64,000 nucleotides of DNA from the NCBI RefSeq assembly GCF_006345805.1, contig NC_043003.1:22506001-22570000 (forward strand). Direction: 5' to 3'. This document shows, piece after piece, positions 1 through 11,936 of this stretch (position 1 is the stretch's first letter; every line of letters starts with the position of its first letter). A program made the translations under genes and the position numbers. Source of the DNA: Octopus sinensis. Lineage: Eukaryota. The notes below the pieces were generated by a model. That model ran no database searches and was not told where the DNA came from. It was given only the letters and a program-made list of their open reading frames with translations.

Positions 1-327
1 AAGTGAAGGTGCGTGACTTAGTGGTTGGATATTCGGCTCACGATCGTAATGTCGTGAGTTCGATTTCCTGCGGCGCGTTGCGTCCTTGAGCATGACACTT
101 TATTTCACGTTGCTCCAGTCCACTCAGCTAGCAAAAATGAATAGCGCCTGTAGTTCAAGGGGCCAGCCTTTTCAAATTATGTGTCACGCCCAATCTCCTT
201 GAGAACTACGTTAATGGTACGTGTGTCTGTAGAGTGCTCGGTCACTTGCACGTTAATTTCACGAGCAGACTTTTCCGTTGATTGGATCAATTGGAACCCT
301 CATCGTCGTAACCGACGGAGTGCCAGT
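1..327 (+). mobile_element. tRNA-derived SINE (family B in this report)
   Basis: A-box-like GACTTAGTGGTT and B-box-like GAGTTCGATT head; the body resembles copies at 21930, 28722 and 55820. Confidence 0.75.
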
Positions 328-931
328 AGAGAATGTGGAAAAACACAGTGATGGTGATGGTAGTAGTAGTAGTAGTAAATGATGCGCATTCCCTAAAATA
401 CGGAAAGTAGACATCTGTATTTCGTAATCAAAGTATTTTATCTTGAGTCCAGACAGTAGTCCTTCATTCCTTTTAGATAAGCAACCGTAGATAAAACAAG
501 TGTGTGAGGACAATGAGTGAAATATGTGTTGTTATTATTGAGGTAGAGCCATGCACTAATATCATTAACCGTTTACGGCTGTAGCGTAGATAGCTGGTGA
601 CAGAAATGTTTTATCATTAAAGTCTTCCATACATTAGTATGGTAGGCTTTAATGATAAGATTTAAATTCGAAGTAAATATTATTTTAGATTTAACCCCCT
701 AAATATACAATGCTCCGAAGGTTTGACTTTTATTACCATTTACAAGAATTGAGTCTTTGGATTATAAGAATGTCATATCTATATATAGAAAAACGTGTTC
801 AAACATCGAGTCCCGTTCTGCCTGTCTTTAGTCCTTCGAGCATTTGGTTTCCATAGCAGCAAGCGGTATAGATACCCGCCAACTAAAAACCTCTGTTCTA
901 ATGTAATGTAATAGTTATTGTTGTTCGTTTA

Positions 932-1161
932 AGCGGCGAGCTGGCAGAAACGTTAGCACGCTGGGCGAAATGTTTAGCGGCATTTCGTCTGTCTTTACGT
1001 TCTGAGTTGAAATTCCGCTGTGGTCGACTTTGCCTCTCGTCCTTTCGGGGTCGATAAATAAAGTACCAGTTACGCACTGGGGTCGATGTAATCGACTTAA
1101 TCCTTTTGTCTGTCCTTGTTTGTCCTCTCTGTGTTTAGCCCCTTGCGGACAATAAAGAAAT
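932..1161 (+). mobile_element. tRNA-derived SINE (family A)
   Basis: Head GGCGGCGAGCTGGCAGAAACGTTAGCACG and tail GTTTAGCCCCTTG...AAAGAAATAA; more than 10 related copies in the window. Confidence 0.85.
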
Positions 1162-1494
1162 AAGTTAATCGTTGTTCGTACATAATTCTTCCCCCAAATT
1201 TATTTAACTTCTGGAGAGTGTAAAAGAATTTTTTCTCTTTAACCAGATAACAACATTGTCAATGAGAATTATCAACTGCCTCAATGTACCGATTTCGAAG
1301 GATTTACCGATAAAATATTGCTGTAATGTCTTTACATATATTACGATTAGATTAGAACGTATTACTTATATATAAGGTTGGCTTGGCTGTGTGATAAATA
1401 ACTACGTGATTCTAGAATGGATTCCACGGCACGGAACTTGGGCAGGTAACTCTAACTATAGTCTTGGGCTGACCTGTATCTGTGAGTGGTGAAA

Positions 1495-2430
1495 TGTGTA
1501 TGTATGCTTGCGTGCGTGTATGTGCATATGTGTATATGTGTGTGTTTGTGTATGTGTATGTATGCTTGCGTGCGTGTATGTGCATATGTGTATATGTGTG
1601 TGTTTGTGTATGTGTATGTATGCTTGCGTGCGTGTATGTGCATATGTGTATATGTGTGTGTTTGTGTATGTGTATGTATGCTTGCGTGCGTGTATGTGCA
1701 TATGTGTATATGTGTGTTTGTGTATGTGTATGTATGCTTGCGTGCGTGTATGTGCATATGTGTATATGTGTGTGTTGTGTATGTGTATGTATGCTTGCGT
1801 GCGTGTATGTGCATATGTGTATATATGTGTGTTTGTGTATGTGTATGTATGCTTGCGTGCGTGTATGTGCATATGTGTATATGTGTGTGTTTGTGTATGT
1901 GTATGTATGCTTGCGTGCGTGTATGTGCATATGTGTATATGTGTGTGTTTGTGTATGTGTATGTATGCTTGCGTGCGTGTATGTGCATATGTGTATATGT
2001 GTGTGTTTGTGTATGTGTATGTATGCTTGCGTGCGTGTATGTGCATATGTGTATATGTGTGTGTTTGTGTATGTGTATGTATGCTTGCGTGCGTGTATGT
2101 GCATATGTGTATATGTGTGTGTTTGTGTATGTGTATGTATGCTTGCGTGCGTGTATGTGCATATGTGCATATGTGTGCGTTTGTGTATGTGTATGTATGC
2201 TTGCGTGCGTGTATGTGCATATGTGTATATGTGTGTGTTTGTGTATGTGTATGTATGCTTGCGTGCGTGTATGTGCATATGTGTATATGTGTGTGTTTGT
2301 GTATGTGTATGTATGCTTGCGTGCGTGTATGTGCATATGTGTATATGTGTGTGTTTGTGTATGTGTATGTATGCTTGCGCGCGTGTATGTGCATATGTGT
2401 ATATGTGTGTGTTTGTGTATGTGTATGTAT
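1495..2430. repeat. 58-bp minisatellite, about 16 copies, almost pure alternating purine/pyrimidine
   Basis: The GCTTG landmark recurs at 1506, 1564, 1622, 1680 and onward to 2373 (spacing 58, once 56 and once 57); there are no spacers. Confidence 0.95.
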
Positions 2431-2648
2431 CTGCGCGCGAGTGTGTGCATGTGTGCGCGTGCGCGTTTGTTTTCTGTTGACGCCGCTCTAAAAAACGTTT
2501 TCGTCCTTTATGTTCAGCGCTTTCATGTCCCGTAACCTAGCAGTTTAAATAACAGAATTCAATAAAAAATATATAAAAACAAACTGAACTTAGACACTTC
2601 CCTCAAAATTTCCGGCCTTGTGCCTAAATCAGAAATCATTATTATTAA

Positions 2649-3079
2649 GGCGGCGAGCTGGCAGAACTGTGAGCTGTCGGACAAAAGGCTTAGCGGCATT
2701 TCTTCCGGTTCTTTACATTCTGAGTTCAAATCCCATCGAGGTCAACTTCAACTTTCATCATTTCGAGGGTCCATAAAATAAATACCAGTCATGTACTCGG
2801 GATGATGTAATAGACTTAACTCTCAACCCTGTCCAAGAAAATGATGTACCTGTGTCAAAATTTGAAACAATTATTGGTCTCAGATTTTGGTACGAAACCA
2901 GAAATTTCGAGAAAGGAGTAAATCAATTACATCAACTCTAGTACTCAACAGGTATTTACTTTATCCTGCCAGAAAAAAAGGATGTAAGGCAAAGTAGACT
3001 TCGGCGGAATTTGAACCCAGAACGTGAAGACGCTAAGCATTTTGCTCGGCGCGCTTAACGATTCTGCCAGCTCGCCACC
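2649..3079. mobile_element. Tail-to-tail inverted pair of family A SINEs (+ about 2649-2880, - about 2890-3079)
   Basis: GGCGGCGAGCTGGCAGAA at the left end and its reverse complement TTCTGCCAGCTCGCCACC at the right end. Confidence 0.75.
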
Positions 3080-3205
3080 TTATTACTTAGTAACGATGTA
3101 GTGTGAGCAAAGGTGATATATCATACATTTCAAATTTACATTCTAAGAAAACAGACAGGTTAACTATTTATGATATTCTAATCTTTTCCATCAGTTTTTA
3201 TTGTA

Positions 3206-3236
<31 letters not shown>

Positions 3237-3353
3237 CATACATACATACATACACATACATACATACATACATACATACATACATACATACATACAACAC
3301 ATTAATATATATTATATATATAATAATATATATATATATATATACATACATAC

Positions 3354-3414
<61 letters not shown>

Positions 3415-3571
3415 ATATATCAAATACAAAATGAGACAACAAAACATCCGGATAGACGATACAAAGAAAACAAGCACGGGTCATTCGAAGTTTTCTTTCC
3501 AGCGGCGTAGGTACACTTTGGGTCTCTCTCTCTCTCTCTTCTCTCTCTCATCTCCTCTCTCTCTATCTATA

Positions 3572-3605
<34 letters not shown>

Positions 3606-3984
3606 ATATAATATATATAATATATATATATAATATCATATATATATATATATATATAATCAAACCAAAGTAAAAGGGAAAACATTATGGTATAAATCTC
3701 AACCGATCGACATAACAGAAGCAATGATAAAAATCAAAAACAACAACGTGACAGATGATTTTTTTCTTTTTTCAATAGTTGTTTTGAAATCTTAATTATT
3801 TCAGAGGTGTCCTGTTGTGTTTAACAGTTCCTTTCCGCAGACTTCAGTCCGAGAAAGAGAAACTAATTAAATAAAGAGAACATCTTTTACCAGATGTGTC
3901 GAAAACCACTTTTTATTTCAGTTTCTGGTCTCTATATACTCACTTTGTTTTCTTTCCATTTTTGTTTTATTTCCTATCTACCAT

Positions 3985-4009
3985 CTCTTTCTTTCTTTCT
4001 TTCTTTCAT

Positions 4010-4078
<69 letters not shown>

Positions 4079-4130
4079 TTTCTTTCTTTCTTTTCTTTCT
4101 TTCTTTCTTTCTTTCTTTCCTTCTTCATCT

Positions 4131-4174
<44 letters not shown>

Positions 4175-4193
4175 TCCTTCTTTCTTTCTTTTT

Positions 4194-4224
<31 letters not shown>

Positions 4225-4260
4225 GTCTTTTTTTGCCTTCTTTCTTTCTTTCTTTCTTCC
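3985..4260. repeat. (TTTC)n microsatellite
   Basis: Directly visible; it explains the F/L/S-rich and K/E/R-rich ORFs. Confidence 0.95.
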
Positions 4261-4556
4261 GCTTCATTTTTGGCTATTAATTAATTAAAAACTTTACTAA
4301 TTTATATTTTATATTTACTTTCCTTGTCTGCTTGTCTGCCTCTCTATTTGCTTGCTTGTCTATCTGTCTGTCTGTCTATCTGTGTGCTTCTCTCACTGTC
4401 TTATCTGTCTGTCACTCCCCCCCTCTCTCTCTCACTCTGTCCTAGCAGTCTATCCTTAAATTATGTCCGCTAATTTATATACTTAACTAAACAACAAATT
4501 AAATTGCAGTCTACATAAATATTTAACTCTATGTAAAACTATTCATCTAATTCCAG

Positions 4557-4739
4557 GTGAGTGATCTTTGCAAACCTTACCTGTCACCCGCCACTGAAGA
4601 GAGTAAGGTTAAAGTGTCTGTTTACTATGAATCGAGATGTCCTTTCAGCATCAAGTTTCTATTAGAACAAGTAATGAAAGCCTTCGCAAAAGTAGGCGAT
4701 ATTATGTCAGTTGATTTGGTACCATTCGGAAATTCTCAT
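4557..4739 (+). CDS. IFI30: GILT-like (gamma-interferon-inducible lysosomal thiol reductase) first recovered coding exon, containing the active site
   Basis: ttccag|GTG...CAT|gtaagt; 183 nt, phase 0/0. Encodes VSDLCKPY...VKVSVYYESRCPFSIKFLLEQ...VDLVPFGNSH, matching the GILT motifs YYEx(L)CPx(C/S) and LVPFGN. Confidence 0.93.
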
Positions 4740-5058
4740 GTAAGTCATAAAAATTCTTTCTGTCAGTAATAATACTTATATATATATACATATATGCGCA
4801 GACGTGGCTGTGTCGTAATCATTAGCAACATTGTCATCACATCCGCCACCCTCATCGTCATTTAACGATGTCAGTTGGAGAAGACCTCATAATTTCTTCC
4901 CCATAGATCACGGTTCTGCATTACTACATCACACACAGCCTCGTATATTACCTCCCGAATCTTTGACGATGACATCTGCAGAGACGTATTTGTGACTTTT
5001 GCTACCTGCTAGCCACTGTATCCAGAGGGAAAATAATAGTACTATTTTTGCTCTGGAT

Positions 5059-5378
5059 TAGTGCTCCATAACAGGGGTCCATGTGGCCCCATATAAGATT
5101 TTTAGGGCTTTTCGCAACAAAATAGTAAATTTGAAGATCCCCTGGAAAAAATCTGATTTAGATGTATGTATTGGTATGTATTTCAAAAAACAGGTAGGCT
5201 TCGTTCTCTGATATTTTACATAGTTCAACTTATACAAATTAATGTGTGAAAAGCAAAGTAAGGATTTGAAAGAAGCATCTATAAAGCTAGTTTTTAAACA
5301 TCGAATGGCCATGGGGGTCCACCGGAATAAAATAGTAATCAAAGGGGTTCATAGACAGAAGAATGGTTGAGAATCCTG
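5059..5378. mobile_element. hAT (Charlie-like) MITE in GILT intron
   Basis: Degenerate TIRs (TAGTGCTCCATAAC... / ...GGTTGAGAATCCTG) flanked by the 8-bp repeats CTCTGGAT and CTCTAGAT. Confidence 0.65.
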
Positions 5379-5400
5379 CTCTAGATAATACAATATTGTC

Positions 5401-5809
5401 TCCATTTTCCCGATCGTCAGCGTATCCCGATATGACACGATGTAGTATTATATAGACTGATACAGTTTGGGATTTGTATTTGGTTGCTCTGACATTATTT
5501 AGTGCAATCAGAGAAATCTAATGTCGCCTGTCTCTCCTCTCCAAATACAGTTACCTGTTGGCTTGGTTGTGAAAGGTTCTTCTGTCCTTTTGACAACATC
5601 TATAAAACCTTGTGTCCATTTTCCCGATGGTCAGCGTATCCCGGTATGGTATTATATAGGCTGATACAGCATGGAATTTGTATTTGGTTACTTTGACATT
5701 ATTTAGTGTAATCAGAAGAATCTAATGGTGCCTGTCTCTCCTCTCCAAATGCAGTTACATGTTGGGTTGGTTGTGAAAGGTCCTTCTGCCCTTTTGACAA
5801 CATCTATAA
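5401..5809. repeat. Diverged tandem duplication of an approximately 210-bp unit
   Basis: TCCATTTTCCCGAT...GACAACATCTATAAAA occurs at 5401 and again at 5615. Confidence 0.85.
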
Positions 5810-6018
5810 AAATAAATGTTGCCGGATGTCGACAGAACCACATCACGAGGTGAATTAGGTTACAGGATGAAGGTGAGATGGATGGCTTGCCGAATGACCC
5901 GACCATGAAATATGGATTGCGTGTTATAAGTAGCAGGTAGAATATGTCAAGATCACTATAAGAGATTATTATTATTTAACAGCTAATTGTTTATTTTGCT
6001 TTTTATTTTCTTATACAG

Positions 6019-6093
6019 GTACGAAAAATCGGCGATAAAGTTCTGTTCACTTGCCAACATGGACGAATAGAATGTGCGGCTAATATAGTTGAG
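6019..6093 (+). CDS. IFI30: GILT-like exon, signature motif
   Basis: ttatacag|GTA...GAG|gtaagt; 75 nt. Encodes VRKIGDKVLFTCQHGRIECAANIVE, the start of CQHGx2ECx2Nx4C. Confidence 0.96.
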
Positions 6094-6506
6094 GTAAGTT
6101 ATTAAACTCAATCAATTCTTCGAAAAAATAAGTGAGCACTGGTTATGTACATAAAGCATAGAAGACTCCGGTTCCTTACTATGTGGTTTTGAATTCGGTC
6201 CCACTGCGAGACAACAAGAGCAAATGTAGCTTCGTGCTAACCAATACCGTGCCAGCGAAATTTGATGAAGGGACTATTCCATTGTTGCATTTGGGTGAGG
6301 TAGACTTAAGGATAACTCTGGAGATAGTGGTCTTCTCTAACGGGTGCTGCTTAACCTCTTTTCAATTCGACATTAAAAATTGAAACAATCCAGCCGAATG
6401 GTGCCCCTTATGTGTTTGTGTTGATTTTTCTAGAATCTTAGCTTAAACAACTAAGTGTTGCTGTTTGCGTTGAGTCACGGCTGTTGACGTTCTGAATTCA
6501 TATCCG

Positions 6507-6935
6507 GGATCTTTTCGGTTTGAGCGGCAGTTTTTCTAGCGGTGTCATATGAAATTGTCACCTATAATTATGACCCTAGTATCATCGATCTATTGCATTT
6601 CAATCTGTTTTAGGGTTAGGGTTAGTTATGGTTAGGGGTGGGGGGAAGGGTATCTTTTTTCTTCAGAAATGTAAATAAACCAAATCTGTTTCTTAAACGA
6701 GGGACATATTCATACGACACAAAATGTTTTCACCTCAATAGACGTCATTGATTGGTTGAAATTGCAGAAATTGAAGAAAAATCGACAGCAAATATCTTAC
6801 AAACTATAGAATTTTCTCAATAAAGCCAAGAGAAAAAGATGTTTTATAAACACATTCTACCATTATGCGAAGTTTAAAAGTGTTTAGTTACGTGGAAAGA
6901 ATTTTTAAAAACTGCCGTTCAAACCGAAAAGATCC
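6507..6935. mobile_element. MITE with 29-bp TIRs, 8-9-bp TSD and internal TTAGGG motifs
   Basis: GGATCTTTTCGGTTTGAGCGGCAGTTTTT and AAAAACTGCCGTTCAAACCGAAAAGATCC (1 mismatch); direct repeat CATATCCG(G) at 6499 and 6936. Confidence 0.88.
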
Positions 6936-7408
6936 CATATCCGGATGTAATCAATTTTGCTTTTCAACTTTCAGGGATCGACTAAATAAAGCACGAAACA
7001 AGTTTGGAAGACGATTTAATCGACTAAACTCTTGTGAAGCTGCATGGCCTAATGGTTAGGCTGTTGCATTAACGATCGCTAGATCGTTGGTTCGATTTCC
7101 TGATTGGATGTAGCATTGTGTTCTTGAGCAAAACACTTCATTTCACGTTGTTTCACCCCCTTGCGATCAGGGGTGAATGTTGGCCTGCTCGTCTAGCACA
7201 AATTAGTATGGATTCTCTTGATTGTAATTAACAACACATTTTCGTTATAGTTTTCTGGGTGCCGGTTATTTCAGAGTTTCGGTTATATGAGTACCGGATA
7301 AGAGGGCGTTTACTCTATTTTTTTTGTTTTTGTGCGTTCATGCTACTGTTTGCTTTAACACATTATCTGAAGACTCATTCGTATCTGTTTTATATCTAAT
7401 TATAATAG

Positions 7409-7513
7409 ACATGCGCAGTACGACTTTTACCCGTTGAAAAACATTTACCATTGATCGCTTGCATTTCCAGTCAATTCATGCACGGAGTTAAACCAACATC
7501 TGCTTACAAATTA
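7409..7513 (+). CDS. IFI30: GILT-like exon (absent from the ORF track)
   Basis: tataatag|ACA...TTA|gtaagt; 105 nt. Encodes TCAVRLLPVEKHLPLIACISSQFMHGVKPTSAYKL and supplies the final Cys of Nx4C at exactly the right spacing. Confidence 0.9.
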
Positions 7514-8587
7514 GTAAGTTTCATGCTAAATTTATACTTTTTGTTATATTCATTATACAGAGTTTTGCTATTGTGTGTGTGTGTGTGTGTGTGTTCCCTC
7601 TTGTTTTAATTATTTGAAGTCTTCCCAGAGGAAGGGGATAATTTCTAACCAAGACACTAAGCTCTGTCGTTGGAATGTAAATAAAAACAAATTCACATTT
7701 TAAACTCGAGAAAAGTATTCCGTATGTATGTATGTATGTATGTATGTATGTATGTATGTATGTATGTATGTATGTATGTATGTATGCATTCAAGCGTGTG
7801 TTTGTGTGCATGTATGTATGTATGTGTGTGTGTGAAACGTGAAAGAGGTGGTATCCATAATCTTCATAGATTAAAGAACAGCGACGACTGGATGAGATGA
7901 ATGCGGTTAATCTTCAAAAATGTGGGGTTTACACCGAACAAATGGAAAAAACAAAAGCAATGAGATAACAAGGGGTACAAAAATAGAATTCAGAAAAATG
8001 AATAAAGAAACAGAATCTGCAAAAGCGGGGCAATACATCCTGGGTAATTCGGAAACAAAATGTCCCAGAATACTTTGCCGTCTGCAAAGCACGTCGGAAG
8101 TGTCTTATTCCATTTTTTCTTCTATTTAGAAAAACATACTCTGAATAGGCATATTCAGCCTCTCCAGTCTTGCCAGCCTCATCCACCTATCGATAAACAC
8201 AATTTGTCTTGAAATATTACCTGCAGAAATTGATTAGAGTTAGTCTTCAAGCCTTTCAGACGTGTCCTCTATGCAACCTCTTTCACCGCAATCACTATGT
8301 AGGGCAAGATCCGCCTCTCTTCTTTGGCAAAGGAAGATGGTGCGTCGATCTTCACTAAACACATCGTGGACAGCCAGATTCGTTTTACACGACACAAGTT
8401 CACAATAGTATCTATGTTCAATAAAATAAAGCTTCATCGTAAAAAATTTAGATAACGACAAGGGTAAAGAGTAACATGCCGAACCTTAAACAAGCCTTGC
8501 ACGCTTTCGTTGCTTCGTTTATTAATGGTGTTTACGAAGTGCATGTTAGCAGGCCAGTTTTTTTTATCTGAAAACTCCAGCTTTTCA

Positions 8588-8745
8588 AGGAGTGGCTACG
8601 TGGTAAGTAGCTTGCTTACCAACCACATGGTTCCGGGTTCAGAACCACTGCGTGCCACCTTCGGTAAGTGTCTTCGACTATAGCCTCGGGCCGACCAAAG
8701 ACTTGTGAGTGGTTTTGGTAGACGGAAACTGAAAGAAGCCCGTCG
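8588..8745 (+). mobile_element. tRNA-derived SINE (family C), 5' part
   Basis: GGAGTGGCTACGTGGTAAGTAGCTTGCTTACCAACC...GGTTCCGGGTTCA; related copies at 16490, 19015 (-) and 35460. Confidence 0.8.
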
Positions 8746-8944
8746 TATATATATATAATATCAAAGGGTAATCAGAAATATAGTGGCCTAGCGTGTAAAA
8801 ATTTAGTCAATAGACTATATATTATTCATATTTCGAAATTTTATCCCTTATAGTGGTTTGGAATTTAATTGTTCTCTGTAGCGTGCAAGCAGTCCTATGA
8901 TTGATGCCTCTTATGTGTTTAAATGTACACTGTATTTATATATA

Positions 8945-9420
8945 TATATGAAAAATACAAAAAAAATGGGACAAGAATGCAACAGGCGACAACAAAACAC
9001 TCAGACAGATGATACAAAAAGGGACAAGATAAAACAAGTACGAGTCATTCGGAGTTTTCTTTCCTTAGTCGAGTTCCAGATCATCTTTGCAGTTTCGGCT
9101 GGTTATACTCGAGACTGCTCCAATCTGGCCAGCCCCAAGGAAAATCTAAGCTAAGAGCACTAGATTCCTTGGAAGAAAGCAGCGAATGTATACGAAAACA
9201 AGGACGAAAAAAAACAAAACAAAACGGAGAAATGGTACACAAATACAAATGCAAACAACAGGTGCCTTTCGACTAAGGACGAATTAAATTAAGCTGGTGT
9301 GTGTGGAAGTGAAGCCTTGCGGCAGGAACATAAGAGGTGACAGGCATGGGAAGGATTATAGATGTTGCACGAATGGTAGTCGAACCAAAAAAGAAAGGTC
9401 AGGCTTGGCAGAACACCGGT
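8945..9420. repeat. Unclassified interspersed repeat, copy 1
   Basis: Aligns by eye with 14330-14780 (GTCGAGTTCCAGAT..TCTTTGCA..TTCGGCTGGTTATACTCGA) and partly with 3415-3510. Confidence 0.75.
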
Positions 9421-9825
9421 CACGTGGAAGAAGAGGAGAGAGGTAGGGGCAGAGGGATAGAAGAATTAGGGAGGGACGAGAAAGAAAAAAAGAAAAGGGA
9501 AAGAATGAAGTGAAAGAGGAGGAAAGGCCAAGAAATGTGAGAGAAGGGGAGCGAAAGAAAGAAGAATGGATATATAATATTATATATATATATATAGTAT
9601 ATATATAATATTATATTATTATATATATATGCATGTGTGTTGTGTGTGTGTGTGTGTGTGTGCAATGACAAAATTTTAAGCTTGAAAATATGTTATGATA
9701 TAGAACTTCACCGACTACGTTTTTAGCAATTTTTTGTGGAGATCAATGCTTCTCTTTCTCTCTTTCTTTCTTCTCCCCCCTCTCTCTCACATACACACAC
9801 TACATTCATTTTTTAAATTTTTTAG

Positions 9826-9972
9826 TGTGCTGCCAAACAACAGATTGATATGCAACCAATTCTTGCCTGCTCTCAAAGCGATCAAGGTATTAATTTTCAG
9901 AAAGAAATGGCAACAAGAACTAATAGTTTGAAGCCACGTAAAACTTACGTTCCTTGGATTGTATTAAACGGC
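9826..9972 (+). CDS. IFI30: GILT-like exon
   Basis: tttttag|TGT...GGC|gtaagt; 147 nt. Encodes CAAKQQIDMQPILACSQSDQG...TYVPWIVLNG, containing the GILT YVPWxxxNG motif. Confidence 0.95.
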
Positions 9973-10635
9973 GTAAGTAAAAAAAAATCGACTGATTTAA
10001 TATTTATGTCCATTCACGTAGTTGTAAAGCCGAGGATTAAGAATATTGGAAAAGGACTGGACAAAAATTCCTTACTTATTTATTTCAGGGCCAACGCAGT
10101 CATTTATAAGATATACAAACATATATGCATACTTACTTATATGCATCAGACTTACGTGATAAGGCGATAAATGATAACGGGTAAATATCAGATTAAAAAC
10201 CTTTGGGTGGAAAAAGTTGAAGGTTGCCCCTGGGACTCAAACCTGGCTTTCGAACTTTTCCGTTCTTAAGGCACAAATGAACCCGTGCATACATACACAT
10301 GATATCAATAGATGTGGTTAATTCTAACAGTAAATGGACTCAATCAAGGTGTAGGATATATGCTTAGTTATAAGCTGTCTTACATACATATACGTATACT
10401 TACGAGCTGTCTTACATATACGTGAACACACATACATGCATACTTAAATACATGCATGCATGCATACATACGTACGTACATACATATATACAGATACCAG
10501 GCGAGTTGAATGCCCGATGGAATATCTTATGTGTTCGTCTGGGCTCTTTGCGTATTGACTTGAATTCCACAGCGGTCACCGTAACCTATTTATCCTTCAG
10601 GATCGACAAATAAATTACCTGTCCAACACTAGGTT

Positions 10636-10698
<63 letters not shown>

Positions 10699-10986
10699 CT
10701 CTTCTTAAAAGAAATCGGCTGTAGCCAGACATAGTGCCGCCAAGTTTAAAATGCCCGAAACGTGACCTGTATAACAACGGTGATCCTAAGGAGGCAACGA
10801 TTGAAATATATATTTACGTAATCCTCAGAACCTGAAGATTGCGTGGAGGCACCGGATGTGTTACAAAATGCTGTCTGAGTTGTTTTCATCGCATGAAACT
10901 ATTAAACTATTAATAACTCATTAAAATATATACTGTGTTTATTAAATAATAATAGTAATGATGATAATATTAACAACAACAATAAT

Positions 10987-11032
<46 letters not shown>

Positions 11033-11035
11033 CCC

Positions 11036-11257
11036 TTCTGCTATAGGCACAAGGCTTGAACTTTTTTGGGAGTGGTGTGGAGAGTTAAGTCGATTACATC
11101 GACTCCAGTACTCAACTGGTACTTAATTCATCAACCGACCACGAAATGATGAAAGGCGAAGTCGACCTCGGCGAAATTTGAACTCAGAACGTAGCGGCAG
11201 ATGAAATACCTCTAAAGCATTTCGCCCGGCATGCTAATAATTCTGCCAGCTCGCCAC
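11036..11257 (-). mobile_element. Family A SINE in GILT intron
   Basis: Reverse complement of the family A head and body. Confidence 0.8.
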
Positions 11258-11270
11258 ATTAATAATACTA

Positions 11271-11335
<65 letters not shown>

Positions 11336-11646
11336 AATAATAATAATAATATTAATAATAATAATATATATATACGCACACAGACACATACTTAAGGAGC
11401 ATCTAATACACTACATATGTATACATATATGGTAACCCCACAAATATTTTTAATCAATTAAGATTACGCCTGTAATTAAAGAAAAGAAAAATCATTAGTG
11501 TTAATGATAGTTCTAGGCAAATGCAAGGGAGACAATTTTGAAATACAAATGGCTCTAAACTTGAATCGGTATACATAAATGTTGTAATAAGTTTAGATAA
11601 CTTTCGATGAGTTTTCACCGTCATTCTTGTTCTGTCTCTTTAACAG

Positions 11647-11715
11647 GTCCACACACGAACCATCAATAACAAAGCACGGACAAACTTAATTCAACTTGTC
11701 TGTGATACTTATAAG
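11647..11715 (+). CDS. IFI30: GILT-like exon
   Basis: ctttaacag|GTC...AAG|gtgagt; 69 nt. Encodes VHTRTINNKARTNLIQLVCDTYK, the GILT LxxLVCxxY motif. Confidence 0.92.
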
Positions 11716-11898
11716 GTGAGTATAGCCCGTTGCTTTACTTTAGTCTAATTAAGCTACCATATGAGGAAATGATTGAATTAATGTTTTACAATACAAGTCG
11801 AAATTTTGGAATAGAAATTGAATTATTTAAATCTCATTACATATTTCTAATACATACACACACATGTACATACATACATACATACATACATACATACA

Positions 11899-11931
<33 letters not shown>

Positions 11932-11936
11932 GTATA

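Noticed and set aside
1412-2535. Six overlapping ORFs of 288-349 aa, and a CRISPR-like periodicity
   Set aside because: They come from a 58-bp spacerless minisatellite; alternating purine/pyrimidine sequence cannot form stop codons.
3894-4288. Hydrophobic ORF MCRKPLFISV... as the GILT signal peptide
   Set aside because: There is no donor site; the frame runs into (TTTC)n and stops.
7471-7513. Shorter exon starting at the internal ttgcatttccag
   Set aside because: It is out of phase with the upstream exon and omits the signature Cys; the 7409 acceptor fits.
7860-8470. Unique, coding-looking segment, possibly a decayed transposase
   Set aside because: No frame gave a motif I could name with confidence; left unannotated.
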